Source of the DNA: Salaquimonas sp.
GTDB lineage: Bacteria > Pseudomonadota > Alphaproteobacteria > Rhizobiales > Rhizobiaceae
DNA: 64,000 nt
Direction: 5' to 3'
NCBI GenBank assembly: GCA_041742235.1
Contig: JBGSJA010000019.1
Coordinates: 902-64,901 of the forward strand
In this document: one piece after another, positions 44,302-52,716 of the stretch
How the letters are laid out: each line of letters starts with the position of its first letter
Position numbering within the stretch: the stretch's first letter is position 1
Made by a program: the position numbers and the translations under genes
The notes under the pieces: generated by a model
Databases searched by the model: none
The model's input: only the letters and a program-made list of their open reading frames with translations
What the model was told of the DNA's origin: nothing

Positions 44302-45408
44302 ATGGCAAACGCTGAGATATCGGCCCCAATCCTCCCCGCCGACACTGCCCGCCTGAAGGCAGTTGCGGAGGCGATCTTCATCCCGGCTGCAGCGCTGGTG
44401 ATTTCGGCAATCCTCTTTTCGCTGTTCCTGTTGGCGCTCGGGAAAAGCCCGATCCAGTATTTCGAGCTGGTATGGCGCGGCGGTTTCGGCACATCCTTTT
44501 CCTTCCAGAACACGCTGCAGCGGGCTGCTCCGCTGATCCTGTGCGGACTTGCCTTCGCCATTCCTGCCGTCATCGGCCTGACCATGATCGGGGCGGAAGG
44601 CTCGCTCGTGCTTGGCGGCTTCGCCGCAGCGGCCCTTGCCGTTCCGCTGGTCTCGGCCGGGGCGCCAGTTGCACTGACAATGGTGCTGATGATCTTGGCC
44701 GCCATGGCAGCAGGCGCAGCCTGGAACGCGTTGGCCGGCTGGCTTCGCCACGCCCGCGGGGTCAACGAGACGATTTCCACGCTGCTGCTGACCTACATCG
44801 CAATCGCGATCATGAACTTTTTCGTCGAAGGATTGCTGCGCGATCCCGCTTCCGCCAACAAGCCGTCTACAATGCCGATCGGAAAGGACTACATGGTCGG
44901 GCCCCTGCCCGGCATGGACGTCCATTGGGGCCTCGCCGCCGGCATAGTCTTGGCGATCCTTCTGCAAATCCTGATGTCGCGCACCACGTTCGGCTTTGCC
45001 GCACGACTGACCGGCGGCAATCCGCGCGCCGCGCTTGCGCAGGGCCTGCCGGTCGGTGCGCTTATAGTGGCATGCGCCGCCATCGCCGGCGCCTGCGCGG
45101 GCCTGGCAGGATACTTCGAGGTCGCGGCGATCCACGGCCAGGCAAATGCCTCGCTGGTTGCCGGCTATGGTTTCACGGGCATCCTCGTGTCGTTCCTCGC
45201 CCGCCACAAACCCGTCATCATCGTGCCGGTCGCGATCATGTTCGGCGCGATCGAGGCATCGGGCGGGCTGGTCCAACGGCGTATGGACATGCCGGACGCG
45301 ACGGCGCTAGTGCTGCAGGGGATCATCTTCATCGTGCTTCTGGCCAGCGAGACCATGCATGGGCGCCTTGCCATCTTCCAGCCAAAAGCGGAGGTCGAGC
45401 GCACATGA
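44302..45408 (+). CDS. ABC transporter permease (BMP/nucleoside-type, YufP-like)
   Basis: The first ATG is at 44302; the ORF-track TTG is at 44296. Multi-pass profile with GAEGSLVLGGFAAAALAV ... TLLLTYIAIAIMNFFVEG ... VAGYGFTGILVSFLA. Confidence 0.85.
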   Translation: MANAEISAPILPADTARLKAVAEAIFIPAAALVISAILFSLFLLALGKSPIQYFELVWRGGFGTSFSFQNTLQRAAPLILCGLAFAIPAVIGLTMIGAEGSLVLGGFAAAALAVPLVSAGAPVALTMVLMILAAMAAGAAWNALAGWLRHARGVNETISTLLLTYIAIAIMNFFVEGLLRDPASANKPSTMPIGKDYMVGPLPGMDVHWGLAAGIVLAILLQILMSRTTFGFAARLTGGNPRAALAQGLPVGALIVACAAIAGACAGLAGYFEVAAIHGQANASLVAGYGFTGILVSFLARHKPVIIVPVAIMFGAIEASGGLVQRRMDMPDATALVLQGIIFIVLLASETMHGRLAIFQPKAEVERT

Positions 45409-46325
45409 GTGGTGACGAGCTTGTCGCAATTCTCATCGCCATCCTCGGCGGCGCCATCCGTGTCTCGACGCCGTTCATGTTCGTGGCGCTTGGCGAGACG
45501 CTGACCGAGAAATCCGGCCGCATCAATCTCGGCCTTGAAGGCAATCTCGTCCTGGGCGCCATGGTTGCCTACGGCGTTTCCTACGAAACCGGTTCGCCCT
45601 GGCTTGGCGTGCTAGCCGCCGGGTTTTCCGGCGTGATGCTAGGGCTGATGCATGGCGTCATCTGCAGCCTGCCGCGGGTCAACGACATCGCTGTCGGTCT
45701 TGCCATGATGTCACTCGGCGTCGGTCTCGCCTTCTTTTTCGGCAAGCCGTACATCCAACCCTCCGCTCCCAGGCTTCAATCGCTGCCGCTCGGCGAATGG
45801 GCATCCACCCCCGCGCTGCGGCAGGCGCTGGAGATCAATCCACTCTTCTTCGCCGGCATCCTTGCCGCCGGCATCATGTGGTGGGCTTTCGCCAACACCC
45901 GGGCCGGCCTTGTCGTTCGCATGACCGGAGACTCCGAACCCGCCGCCCGGGCCATGGGCGTCAATCCGATCATGGTCCGCGTGATTGCGACGGCCATGGG
46001 CGGTTTCCTTGCCGGCGTTGGCGGCGCGTTCCTCTCGCTCTCGTACCCGGGAAGCTGGAATGAAGGCCTTTCCTCCGGCCAGGGCTTGATGGCCGTTGCA
46101 CTTGTCATCTTCGCGCGCTGGAATCCGCTGCGCTGCATTCTCGCCGCACTGCTTTTCGGCGCGGCCGGCGCCATCGGGCCTGCGCTCCAGTCGGTCGGCA
46201 TCAGCCAGGGCTATTACTTCTTCAACGCCGCCCCCTACATCCTCACGCTTTTCATCATGATCACCTCGGCACGTTCGTCTTCCTCCGCGCGCGAGGCGCC
46301 GGGCGAACTGTCAATCGTCAAGTAG
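45405..46325 (+). CDS. ABC transporter permease (YufQ-like)
   Basis: The ATG at 45405 overlaps the preceding TGA (ATGA). [35 protein letters not shown]. The ORF-track entry 44472..46325 is an out-of-frame 5' extension. Confidence 0.85.
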   Translation: MSGDELVAILIAILGGAIRVSTPFMFVALGETLTEKSGRINLGLEGNLVLGAMVAYGVSYETGSPWLGVLAAGFSGVMLGLMHGVICSLPRVNDIAVGLAMMSLGVGLAFFFGKPYIQPSAPRLQSLPLGEWASTPALRQALEINPLFFAGILAAGIMWWAFANTRAGLVVRMTGDSEPAARAMGVNPIMVRVIATAMGGFLAGVGGAFLSLSYPGSWNEGLSSGQGLMAVALVIFARWNPLRCILAALLFGAAGAIGPALQSVGISQGYYFFNAAPYILTLFIMITSARSSSSAREAPGELSIVK

Positions 46326-46333
46326 GAGCCTCG

Positions 46334-47044
46334 ATGAACGCGATCGCCCACGAGACAAAAACCGGTCCAGTAAGGGCGGACCCCTATTCCTGGCCGTTTG
46401 ACGGAGACTTGCGGGCGCGCAACACTGCGCTCGTCATCATCGACATGCAGACGGATTTTTGCGGCAAGGGCGGCTATGTCGACAGCATGGGCTACGATAT
46501 ATCGCTGACCCGCGCGCCGATCGCGCCCATCATGTCCGTTCTGGCGGCGATGCGGAGCCTCGGGTTCCACATCATCCACACCCGCGAGGGGCACAGGCCC
46601 GACCTATCCGACCTGCCAGCCAACAAGCGCTGGCGCTCGCAGCGCATCGGCGCGGGCATTGGCGATCCGGGGCCGTGCGGGCGGATCCTCGTGCGCGGCG
46701 AGCCGGGCTGGGAAATCATCCCCGAACTCTCCCCCCTTCCCGGCGAACCGGTTATCGACAAGCCGGGCAAGGGATCGTTCTGCGCAACCGATCTCGATAT
46801 GCTCCTGCATACACTCGGCGTGCGCAACCTCGTCCTAGCTGGCATCACCACCGATGTCTGCGTCCACACAACCATGCGCGAGGCAAACGACCGCGGCTTC
46901 GAGTGCCTGCTGCTGGAGGATTGCTGCGGGGCGACAAAGCTGGAGAACCATCTTGCCGCAATCGACATGGTCAAGATGCAGGGCGGCGTGTTCGGTGCGG
47001 TTGCGACCAGCGCCGCATTCCTCAAGGCATTGGAGGCGGCGTGA
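46334..47044 (+). CDS. isochorismatase-like cysteine hydrolase, biuret-hydrolase (BiuH)-like
   Basis: AGGAG upstream. [41 protein letters not shown] (Asp), [14 protein letters not shown] (Lys) and [28 protein letters not shown] (Cys) make a complete D-K-C triad. The resemblance to BiuH is from memory. Confidence 0.75.
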   Translation: MNAIAHETKTGPVRADPYSWPFDGDLRARNTALVIIDMQTDFCGKGGYVDSMGYDISLTRAPIAPIMSVLAAMRSLGFHIIHTREGHRPDLSDLPANKRWRSQRIGAGIGDPGPCGRILVRGEPGWEIIPELSPLPGEPVIDKPGKGSFCATDLDMLLHTLGVRNLVLAGITTDVCVHTTMREANDRGFECLLLEDCCGATKLENHLAAIDMVKMQGGVFGAVATSAAFLKALEAA

Positions 47045-48594
47045 TGGATGCACTTGTCGCGCACGCCAAGCAGACAGGAGAATTGCGTGGCCTGTCGCTG
47101 CAGACGGTCGGAATGGGCAAGTCTTTCGGCAGGTTGACGGCGCTGGCCGACGTTTCCATCCGCATCGAGGCAGGCGAGTTCCATGCCCTTCTGGGTGAAA
47201 ACGGCGCGGGCAAGTCGACGCTCGTCAAATGCATCATGGGCTTCTACCAGCCGACTGCAGGCCAGTTGATGGTCAACGGCAAGCAGGTCGGGATCCATTC
47301 GCCGGCAGACGCGCAATCCGCGGGGATCGGCATGGTCTACCAACATTTCACCGTGGTGCCCTGCCTGACGGCCGCGGAAAACATGGTGATATCCCGTGCC
47401 GGGGTACCCGCAATCATCGACTGGAAGAAGGAGAAACACGCGCTCGAGGAATTCATGGCGCGCATGCCCTTCACGGTGCCTCTGGACATGCAGGTCTCGG
47501 CGCTTTCAGCCGGCGAGAAGCAGAAACTGGAGATCCTGCGACAGCTTTATCTCGACCAGCGCTTTCTCATCCTCGACGAACCGACATCGGTGCTGACGCC
47601 CGGCGAAGCCGATGAAATCCTCGGCTTGCTCCACGAGATGGCGCGATCGGGCGAAATCACGGTGCTGATGATCACGCACAAATTCCGCGAAGTGACGGCC
47701 TTTGCCGACAAGGTGACGGTGCTGCGCCGCGGCAAGGTGGCCGGAGGCGGCGCCGTGGGAGAGCTTTCCACAGCGGAAATGTCGCGCCTGATGATCGGCG
47801 AAACCGAAGTGCGCAAAAGCGCGGCACGGGCAGTTGCTCCCAATGCCAGCGAGACGCGGCTCGAACTTGCCGCGCTTTACATCGACGATCCCGACGGATC
47901 CCCGGTGGTGGAAGCGTTGGATCTCAAGATCAAGGCCGGTGAGATCGTCGGCATAGCAGGCGTGTCGGGCAACGGCCAAAGCGCGCTTTTGGAGGGGATT
48001 TCGGGACAAAGACCGATCCGCGACGGGCGCATTTTCATCCACGGCAAGCCGTTCGAGGCAACCCGCCGCGATTATGACCGCTTCAAGGTATTCGGCCTGC
48101 CGGAGGAACCGCTGAAGAACGCGGCGGTGAGGCGCATGAGTGTTGCCGAAAACATTGCCTTTCGCAGTTTCGACAAGCCGCCCGCCGCGAGCATGGGATG
48201 GTGGCTGAAACCGGCCTCCATGCGGATGCGGGCAGCGGGGCTGATCGAGCGGTACCGCGTCAAGACGCCATCGACGGAAACGCCCATCGAGAACCTATCC
48301 GGCGGCAACGTGCAGCGCACCATACTTGCGCGTGAACTTTCCGGCGAGGTCGAGGTGCTGATCGTCGCCAACCCGTGCTTCGGGCTCGACTTCGCATCGG
48401 TGGCCGAAATCCGCGCGCAGATCATCGACCAGCGCAACCGCGGCGCGGCAGTGCTGCTGATATCGGAGGATTTGGACGAGATACTGGAACTTTCCGACCG
48501 GGTCGCTGTCATGTCGGGCGGGCGCATCACCTATGTCGCGCCGGTCGCGGAAGCGGACCGCAACACCATCGGCAAATACATGGCGGGGCACTGA
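47044..48594 (+). CDS. ABC transporter ATP-binding protein with duplicated nucleotide-binding domains
   Basis: NBD1: [36 protein letters not shown]2: [34 protein letters not shown]. Its start overlaps the hydrolase stop. Confidence 0.85.
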   Translation: MDALVAHAKQTGELRGLSLQTVGMGKSFGRLTALADVSIRIEAGEFHALLGENGAGKSTLVKCIMGFYQPTAGQLMVNGKQVGIHSPADAQSAGIGMVYQHFTVVPCLTAAENMVISRAGVPAIIDWKKEKHALEEFMARMPFTVPLDMQVSALSAGEKQKLEILRQLYLDQRFLILDEPTSVLTPGEADEILGLLHEMARSGEITVLMITHKFREVTAFADKVTVLRRGKVAGGGAVGELSTAEMSRLMIGETEVRKSAARAVAPNASETRLELAALYIDDPDGSPVVEALDLKIKAGEIVGIAGVSGNGQSALLEGISGQRPIRDGRIFIHGKPFEATRRDYDRFKVFGLPEEPLKNAAVRRMSVAENIAFRSFDKPPAASMGWWLKPASMRMRAAGLIERYRVKTPSTETPIENLSGGNVQRTILARELSGEVEVLIVANPCFGLDFASVAEIRAQIIDQRNRGAAVLLISEDLDEILELSDRVAVMSGGRITYVAPVAEADRNTIGKYMAGH

Positions 48595-49268
48595 TGATCA
48601 CTGTCGCCGCAGAGCCGTATCCGTACACCATGCCTCACGATGCCACGGCGCTGGTCGTCATCGACATGCAACGCGACTTCGTCGAACCGGGCGGCTTTGG
48701 CGCAGCGCTCGGGAACGACGTTTCGCGCCTGACAGCCATCGTTCCGGTGGTGGCCGGGCTTCTTTCACTTTTCAGGGCTCGCAGCTGGCCCGTCATCCAC
48801 ACCCGCGAGGCGCACCGCCCGGACCTTTCCGACTGCCCGCCGTCGAAGATCGCCCGCGGCAGTGCATCGCCGCGCATCGGCGAGGAGGGTCCGATGGGAA
48901 GGCTGCTGGTGTCGGGCGAACCGGGCAACCAGATTGTCGGCGATCTCGCGCCATTGCCGGGCGAAACGGTCGTGGACAAGCCCGGCAAGGGCATGTTCTG
49001 GGCGACGGGCCTGCACGAGAAATTGCAGGCCGACGGCATCACACACCTCGTCTTTGCCGGGGTCACGACCGAGGTCTGCGTCCAGACTTCGATGCGCGAG
49101 GCCAATGATCGCGGATATGAATGCCTGCTGATCACAGACGCAACCGAAAGCTATTTTCCCGAGTTCAAGGCATCGACGATCAGGATGATCACGGCGCAGG
49201 GCGGAATCGTCGGCTGGGCCGCGCCTCTTTCCAATCTGAAGACCGCACTGACGGATAGCGGCGCATGA
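48594..49268 (+). CDS. isochorismatase-like cysteine hydrolase (second paralogue)
   Basis: The ATG at 48594 overlaps the ATPase [37 protein letters not shown] and [27 protein letters not shown] give the D-K-C triad. Confidence 0.8.
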   Translation: MITVAAEPYPYTMPHDATALVVIDMQRDFVEPGGFGAALGNDVSRLTAIVPVVAGLLSLFRARSWPVIHTREAHRPDLSDCPPSKIARGSASPRIGEEGPMGRLLVSGEPGNQIVGDLAPLPGETVVDKPGKGMFWATGLHEKLQADGITHLVFAGVTTEVCVQTSMREANDRGYECLLITDATESYFPEFKASTIRMITAQGGIVGWAAPLSNLKTALTDSGA

Positions 49269-49453
49269 GCGAGGAACCGTTCGACCCGAAAAAACTGATC
49301 GACGCGATGGCCCCGTTCCTGGGACTGGAAGTCGCCGCCGAATACAGGCCGGGCGTCGCCGCCCACCTGTCTGCGGCCCACCGGATCGCGCAGGACGTTC
49401 TGGCCGCGCAAATCGACGACGATGCCGAACAAGCGCCGGTCTTCCGCCCGTGA
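49265..49453 (+). CDS. AtzG-like small protein (DUF4089)
   Basis: 62 aa: [66 protein letters not shown] overlap upstream and GTGA overlap with the amidase downstream. Size, position and the C-terminal APVF motif fit the AtzG/GatC-like partner of AtzE. Confidence 0.6.
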   Translation: MSEEPFDPKKLIDAMAPFLGLEVAAEYRPGVAAHLSAAHRIAQDVLAAQIDDDAEQAPVFRP

Positions 49454-50847
49454 CCGATCCATCCTTACTCACGGCGGCGGAAATTGCGGCAGGCGTTCGG
49501 GGCCGCAAGTTCAGCGCCGCCGATGTAACGGCGCATGCGCTTGGCCGGATAGCCAAACTCGATCCCTTGCTCAACGCATTCACGGCGGTCACGGCGGAGC
49601 GCGCGATCGCCAAGGCAGCCGCGGTGGATGCTGTGATCGCCGCAGGCAAGGACCCAGGACCGTTGGCCGGCGTGCCCTTCGCGGCGAAGAACCTTTTCGA
49701 CATCGAGGGCGTTGTCACGCTGGCCGGTTCGAAGATCAACCGCGACAACAACCCGGCAAGTAAGGATTCAACGCTGGTAGCCCGGATGGAGGCGGCGGGC
49801 GCGATCCTCACGGGGGCATTGAACATGGGCGAATATGCCTACGACTTCACCGGTGAGAACGTCCACTACGGACCATCGCGCAATCCGCATTCGCCCGAAC
49901 ACATGTCCGGGGGGTCGTCCGGCGGATGCGGCACCGCGGTGGCCGCAGGCATGGTTGCGCTGGCGCTGGGCTCCGACACCAATGGCTCCATCCGTGTGCC
50001 GTCCTCGCTTTGCGGATTGTTCGGCCTCAAACCGACCTATGGACGGCTGCCCCGAACCGGCACATTTCCCTTTGTTGACAGCCTCGATCATCTCGGCCCG
50101 TTCGCTCGCCGCACACAGGACCTCGCGCTTTGCCTCGACGCGATGTCCGGCGCGGACGCGGCTGACCCAACATGCTCGCCGGAGCATTTCGCGCCCGTGA
50201 CCCCTTTGCTGAAAACCGGCATTGACGGGCTGAGCATCGCGAAGGCCGGAGGCTATTTCTCGACTGGCGGCCATGCGGAGGCGTTCGAGGCGGTTGACCG
50301 CATTGCGGCGGCGCTCGATGTGTCCGGCACGGTCGCAATCGACGCGAAGGCCGCGCGCGGGGCGGCCTACCTCATCACCATGGCCGAGGGGGCATCCTTG
50401 CACCTTGAGCGTCTGCGCCGACGCCATGCGGACTTCGATCCGGACGTGCGCGACCGCCTGATTGCGGGGGCAATGATCCCGGGAGCGTGGGTGGCAAAGG
50501 CGCAGAAACTGCGCCGCGTCTTTCGCCGGCAAATGCTGGACATCTTCGAAGAAGTCGATGCGCTGATCGCGCCGGCAACGCCCTGCCGCGCGCCGCGTAT
50601 CGGGCAAAGGCTGATGACGATCGACGGCGTGGGAATGCCCGTGCGGCCCAATCTTGGCCTTTTCACCCAGCCCGTTTCATTTATCGGATTTCCGGTGGTC
50701 AGCGTTCCGGTCTGGACCGGGGGCGAACAATTGCCGATCGGCGTCCAGATCATTGCGGCCCCCTGGCGCGAGGACATCGCGCTTCGCATCGCCCATCATC
50801 TCGAGGCCGCCGGCGTGGTCCGGGCTCCGACAGCAAGGGAAGCATGA
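49450..50847 (+). CDS. amidase-signature enzyme, AtzE (1-carboxybiuret hydrolase)-like
   Basis: GTG start. GVPFAAKNLFDIEGVVTLAGSK, MSGGSSGGCGTAVAAG and GSDTNGSIRVPSSLCG give the Ser-cisSer-Lys signature. It sits directly between the AtzG-like and AtzH-like genes. Confidence 0.75.
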   Translation: MTDPSLLTAAEIAAGVRGRKFSAADVTAHALGRIAKLDPLLNAFTAVTAERAIAKAAAVDAVIAAGKDPGPLAGVPFAAKNLFDIEGVVTLAGSKINRDNNPASKDSTLVARMEAAGAILTGALNMGEYAYDFTGENVHYGPSRNPHSPEHMSGGSSGGCGTAVAAGMVALALGSDTNGSIRVPSSLCGLFGLKPTYGRLPRTGTFPFVDSLDHLGPFARRTQDLALCLDAMSGADAADPTCSPEHFAPVTPLLKTGIDGLSIAKAGGYFSTGGHAEAFEAVDRIAAALDVSGTVAIDAKAARGAAYLITMAEGASLHLERLRRRHADFDPDVRDRLIAGAMIPGAWVAKAQKLRRVFRRQMLDIFEEVDALIAPATPCRAPRIGQRLMTIDGVGMPVRPNLGLFTQPVSFIGFPVVSVPVWTGGEQLPIGVQIIAAPWREDIALRIAHHLEAAGVVRAPTAREA

Positions 50848-50848
50848 C

Positions 50849-51619
50849 GTGGAACAAAAGGGCCGCTGGGCGGGGCGCAACAACGACAAGGACAATGTCC
50901 GCGACGCGGTCTGGGGCGCGCTGGAAAATGGCGGCATGGCGCTGGGGCCGGTGTGGAGCCACATTCCCAACTTCATCGGCGCCGACATGGCCGCCTGGCG
51001 CCTTGCGCAAACCGATGCCTGGAAGCGCGCTCGCACGGTAAAATGCAACCCCGATCCGCCGCAAGTTCCGGTTCGCCTGCGGGCACTGTACGAAGGCAAG
51101 ATCCTCTATGCGCCGGTGCCCTATCTCACGAAGGATTTTCCGTATCTTCGGATCGATCCGGAACGGCTGAAGACAAATGGCATCTCCTTCGAGCTGGCGG
51201 CGACATCGGAAGGATACATGACGCATGGTGAACGGATCGAATTCGAGGAAGTCGAACCGCTCGATTTCTGCGTCGTTGGCTCGGTCGCGGTGAGCCGCGA
51301 AGGTGGCCGCACCGGCAAGGGCGCAGGCTTTGCCGACCTTGAGACGGGCATTTTCCGGGAACTTGGAATCATCACCGCAGCGACCCCGATGGCGACGACC
51401 ATCCACTCCTCGCAGCTCGTCGACAATTCGCGCGTGTTCATGATGAAGCACGATTCCCCGCTCGATTTCATCGCCACGGAAGCGGAGCTGATCGTCACCG
51501 GAAACAGTGCGCCGCGCCCGCGCGGGGTAGCGTGGGAATTCGTGGAGGCCGACCAGTTTGAGAGCATCCCTTTCCTGAAAGCATTGCGCGAACGGATGCT
51601 GCAGCGCGGGGATGGCTGA
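50849..51619 (+). CDS. 5-formyltetrahydrofolate cyclo-ligase family protein
   Basis: The frame of ORF 50654..51619 has no ATG before the conserved part. I call the GTG at 50849, 1 nt after the amidase stop, giving (M)EQKGRWAGRNNDKDNVRDAVWGALE. Further motifs: KCNPDPPQVPVR ... FCVVGSVAVSREGGRTGKGAGFADLE ... HDSPLDFI. The start call is uncertain. Confidence 0.6.
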   Translation: MEQKGRWAGRNNDKDNVRDAVWGALENGGMALGPVWSHIPNFIGADMAAWRLAQTDAWKRARTVKCNPDPPQVPVRLRALYEGKILYAPVPYLTKDFPYLRIDPERLKTNGISFELAATSEGYMTHGERIEFEEVEPLDFCVVGSVAVSREGGRTGKGAGFADLETGIFRELGIITAATPMATTIHSSQLVDNSRVFMMKHDSPLDFIATEAELIVTGNSAPRPRGVAWEFVEADQFESIPFLKALRERMLQRGDG

Positions 51620-52019
51620 CATGGTCGTCAACGATCCGCAGGTTCACGCAGAAGTCTGCGCCGTGTTCGAGCGCTACGAAAAGGCGCTGGTATCAAACGA
51701 CATCGCCGTGCTCGACGAACTGTTCTGGCAGGACGAGCGTGTGCTGCGATACGGCATCGGCGAGAACCTTTACGGTGTCGGCGAGATCCTCGCCTTCCGA
51801 AAGGCGCGGCCATCGGCAGGGCTGGCTCGGGATTTGTCGAAGACGGTGATCACCACTTTCGGCGCCGACTTCGCCACGGCATCGACGCTGTTTCATCGCA
51901 TCAATGCGCCGGGAAAGGTCGGCCGGCAGATGCAGACCTGGGTGCGCATGGCCGGCATCTGGAAGGTGGTCGCGGCGCATGTGAGCATCATCGACGCGCC
52001 GGACGCTGGCGCGCCATAG
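51612..52019 (+). CDS. AtzH-like / HpxZ-like NTF2-fold protein (DUF3225)
   Basis: VFERYEKALVSNDIAVLDELFWQDERVLRYGIGENLYGVGEILAFRKAR ... GRQMQTWVRMAGIWKVVAAHVS. It overlaps the preceding stop by 8 nt; an alternative ATG lies at 51621. Confidence 0.65.
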   Translation: MADMVVNDPQVHAEVCAVFERYEKALVSNDIAVLDELFWQDERVLRYGIGENLYGVGEILAFRKARPSAGLARDLSKTVITTFGADFATASTLFHRINAPGKVGRQMQTWVRMAGIWKVVAAHVSIIDAPDAGAP

Positions 52020-52041
52020 GCACCCTTGCTATTGGAACCCG

Positions 52042-52716
52042 ATGCAAACCTCCGCCGAAGCCATACGCCATGAACTGGCGCGCCGGATCGTAACCCGCCG
52101 GATAGAACCGGGAAGCGTGCTCGACGAAACGCAGCTTGCCGCCGAATTCTCCGTCTCGCGCACGCCGGTGCGCGAAGCGCTGCGCAAGCTTGCGACGCTT
52201 GGCCTGGTCGAACACCGCGCCCATCGCAGGACCACCGTGAGCAAGCCCGATCCGCAAATGCTTGCCGGAATGTTCGCGGTGATGGCGCATCTGGAAATGC
52301 TGTGTGCCGGCTTGAGCGCGGTGAAGATGGGTCCGGCGGAGCGCAACCGGCTTGAACAGATGCATGAGCGGATGGGGGCATTGGTTCGCGCCGGCGACGC
52401 GGAAAGCTACGCAATCGCCAACGAAGCTTTTCACTCGGCCATCTACGAGGGCACGAAGAACGCCTATCTGGCTGAGATCACGACCAACACGCGTCTGCGC
52501 CTGCAGGCGTTCCGGCGGGCGCAATTTGCCGCGATGGGGCGCATAGCATCATCGCATTGCGAGCACGGCATGATCGTGGATGCCATTTTGCGCGGTGAGC
52601 GCGACATCGCGCAATCGGCCATGCTTGCCCATATCGGCCATGTCGAGGATGCGTGGCAGCATGTTTCCGCAATGCCTCACGCCGAAGCCGAGACAAAGGC
52701 CCGCCAGGACTTGTAG
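52042..52716 (+). CDS. GntR family transcriptional regulator, FadR subfamily (FCD domain)
   Basis: LDETQLAAEFSVSRTPVREALRKLATLGLVEHRAHRRTTV, followed by the FCD pattern (MAHLEMLCAGLSA ... ANEAFHSAIYEG ... CEHGMIVDAIL). Confidence 0.8.
   Translation: MQTSAEAIRHELARRIVTRRIEPGSVLDETQLAAEFSVSRTPVREALRKLATLGLVEHRAHRRTTVSKPDPQMLAGMFAVMAHLEMLCAGLSAVKMGPAERNRLEQMHERMGALVRAGDAESYAIANEAFHSAIYEGTKNAYLAEITTNTRLRLQAFRRAQFAAMGRIASSHCEHGMIVDAILRGERDIAQSAMLAHIGHVEDAWQHVSAMPHAEAETKARQDL

Noticed and set aside
44472-46325. 617-aa ORF, plus other long N-terminal extensions in the track (14649..15719, 15652..16431, 22677..23465, 23231..24865, 46459..48594, 48375..49268, 50654..51619).
   Set aside because: The 5' parts overlap the preceding gene in another frame. 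Family homology begins at internal ATG/GTG codons that overlap the upstream stop and have Shine-Dalgarno sequences, so only the 3' portions were annotated.
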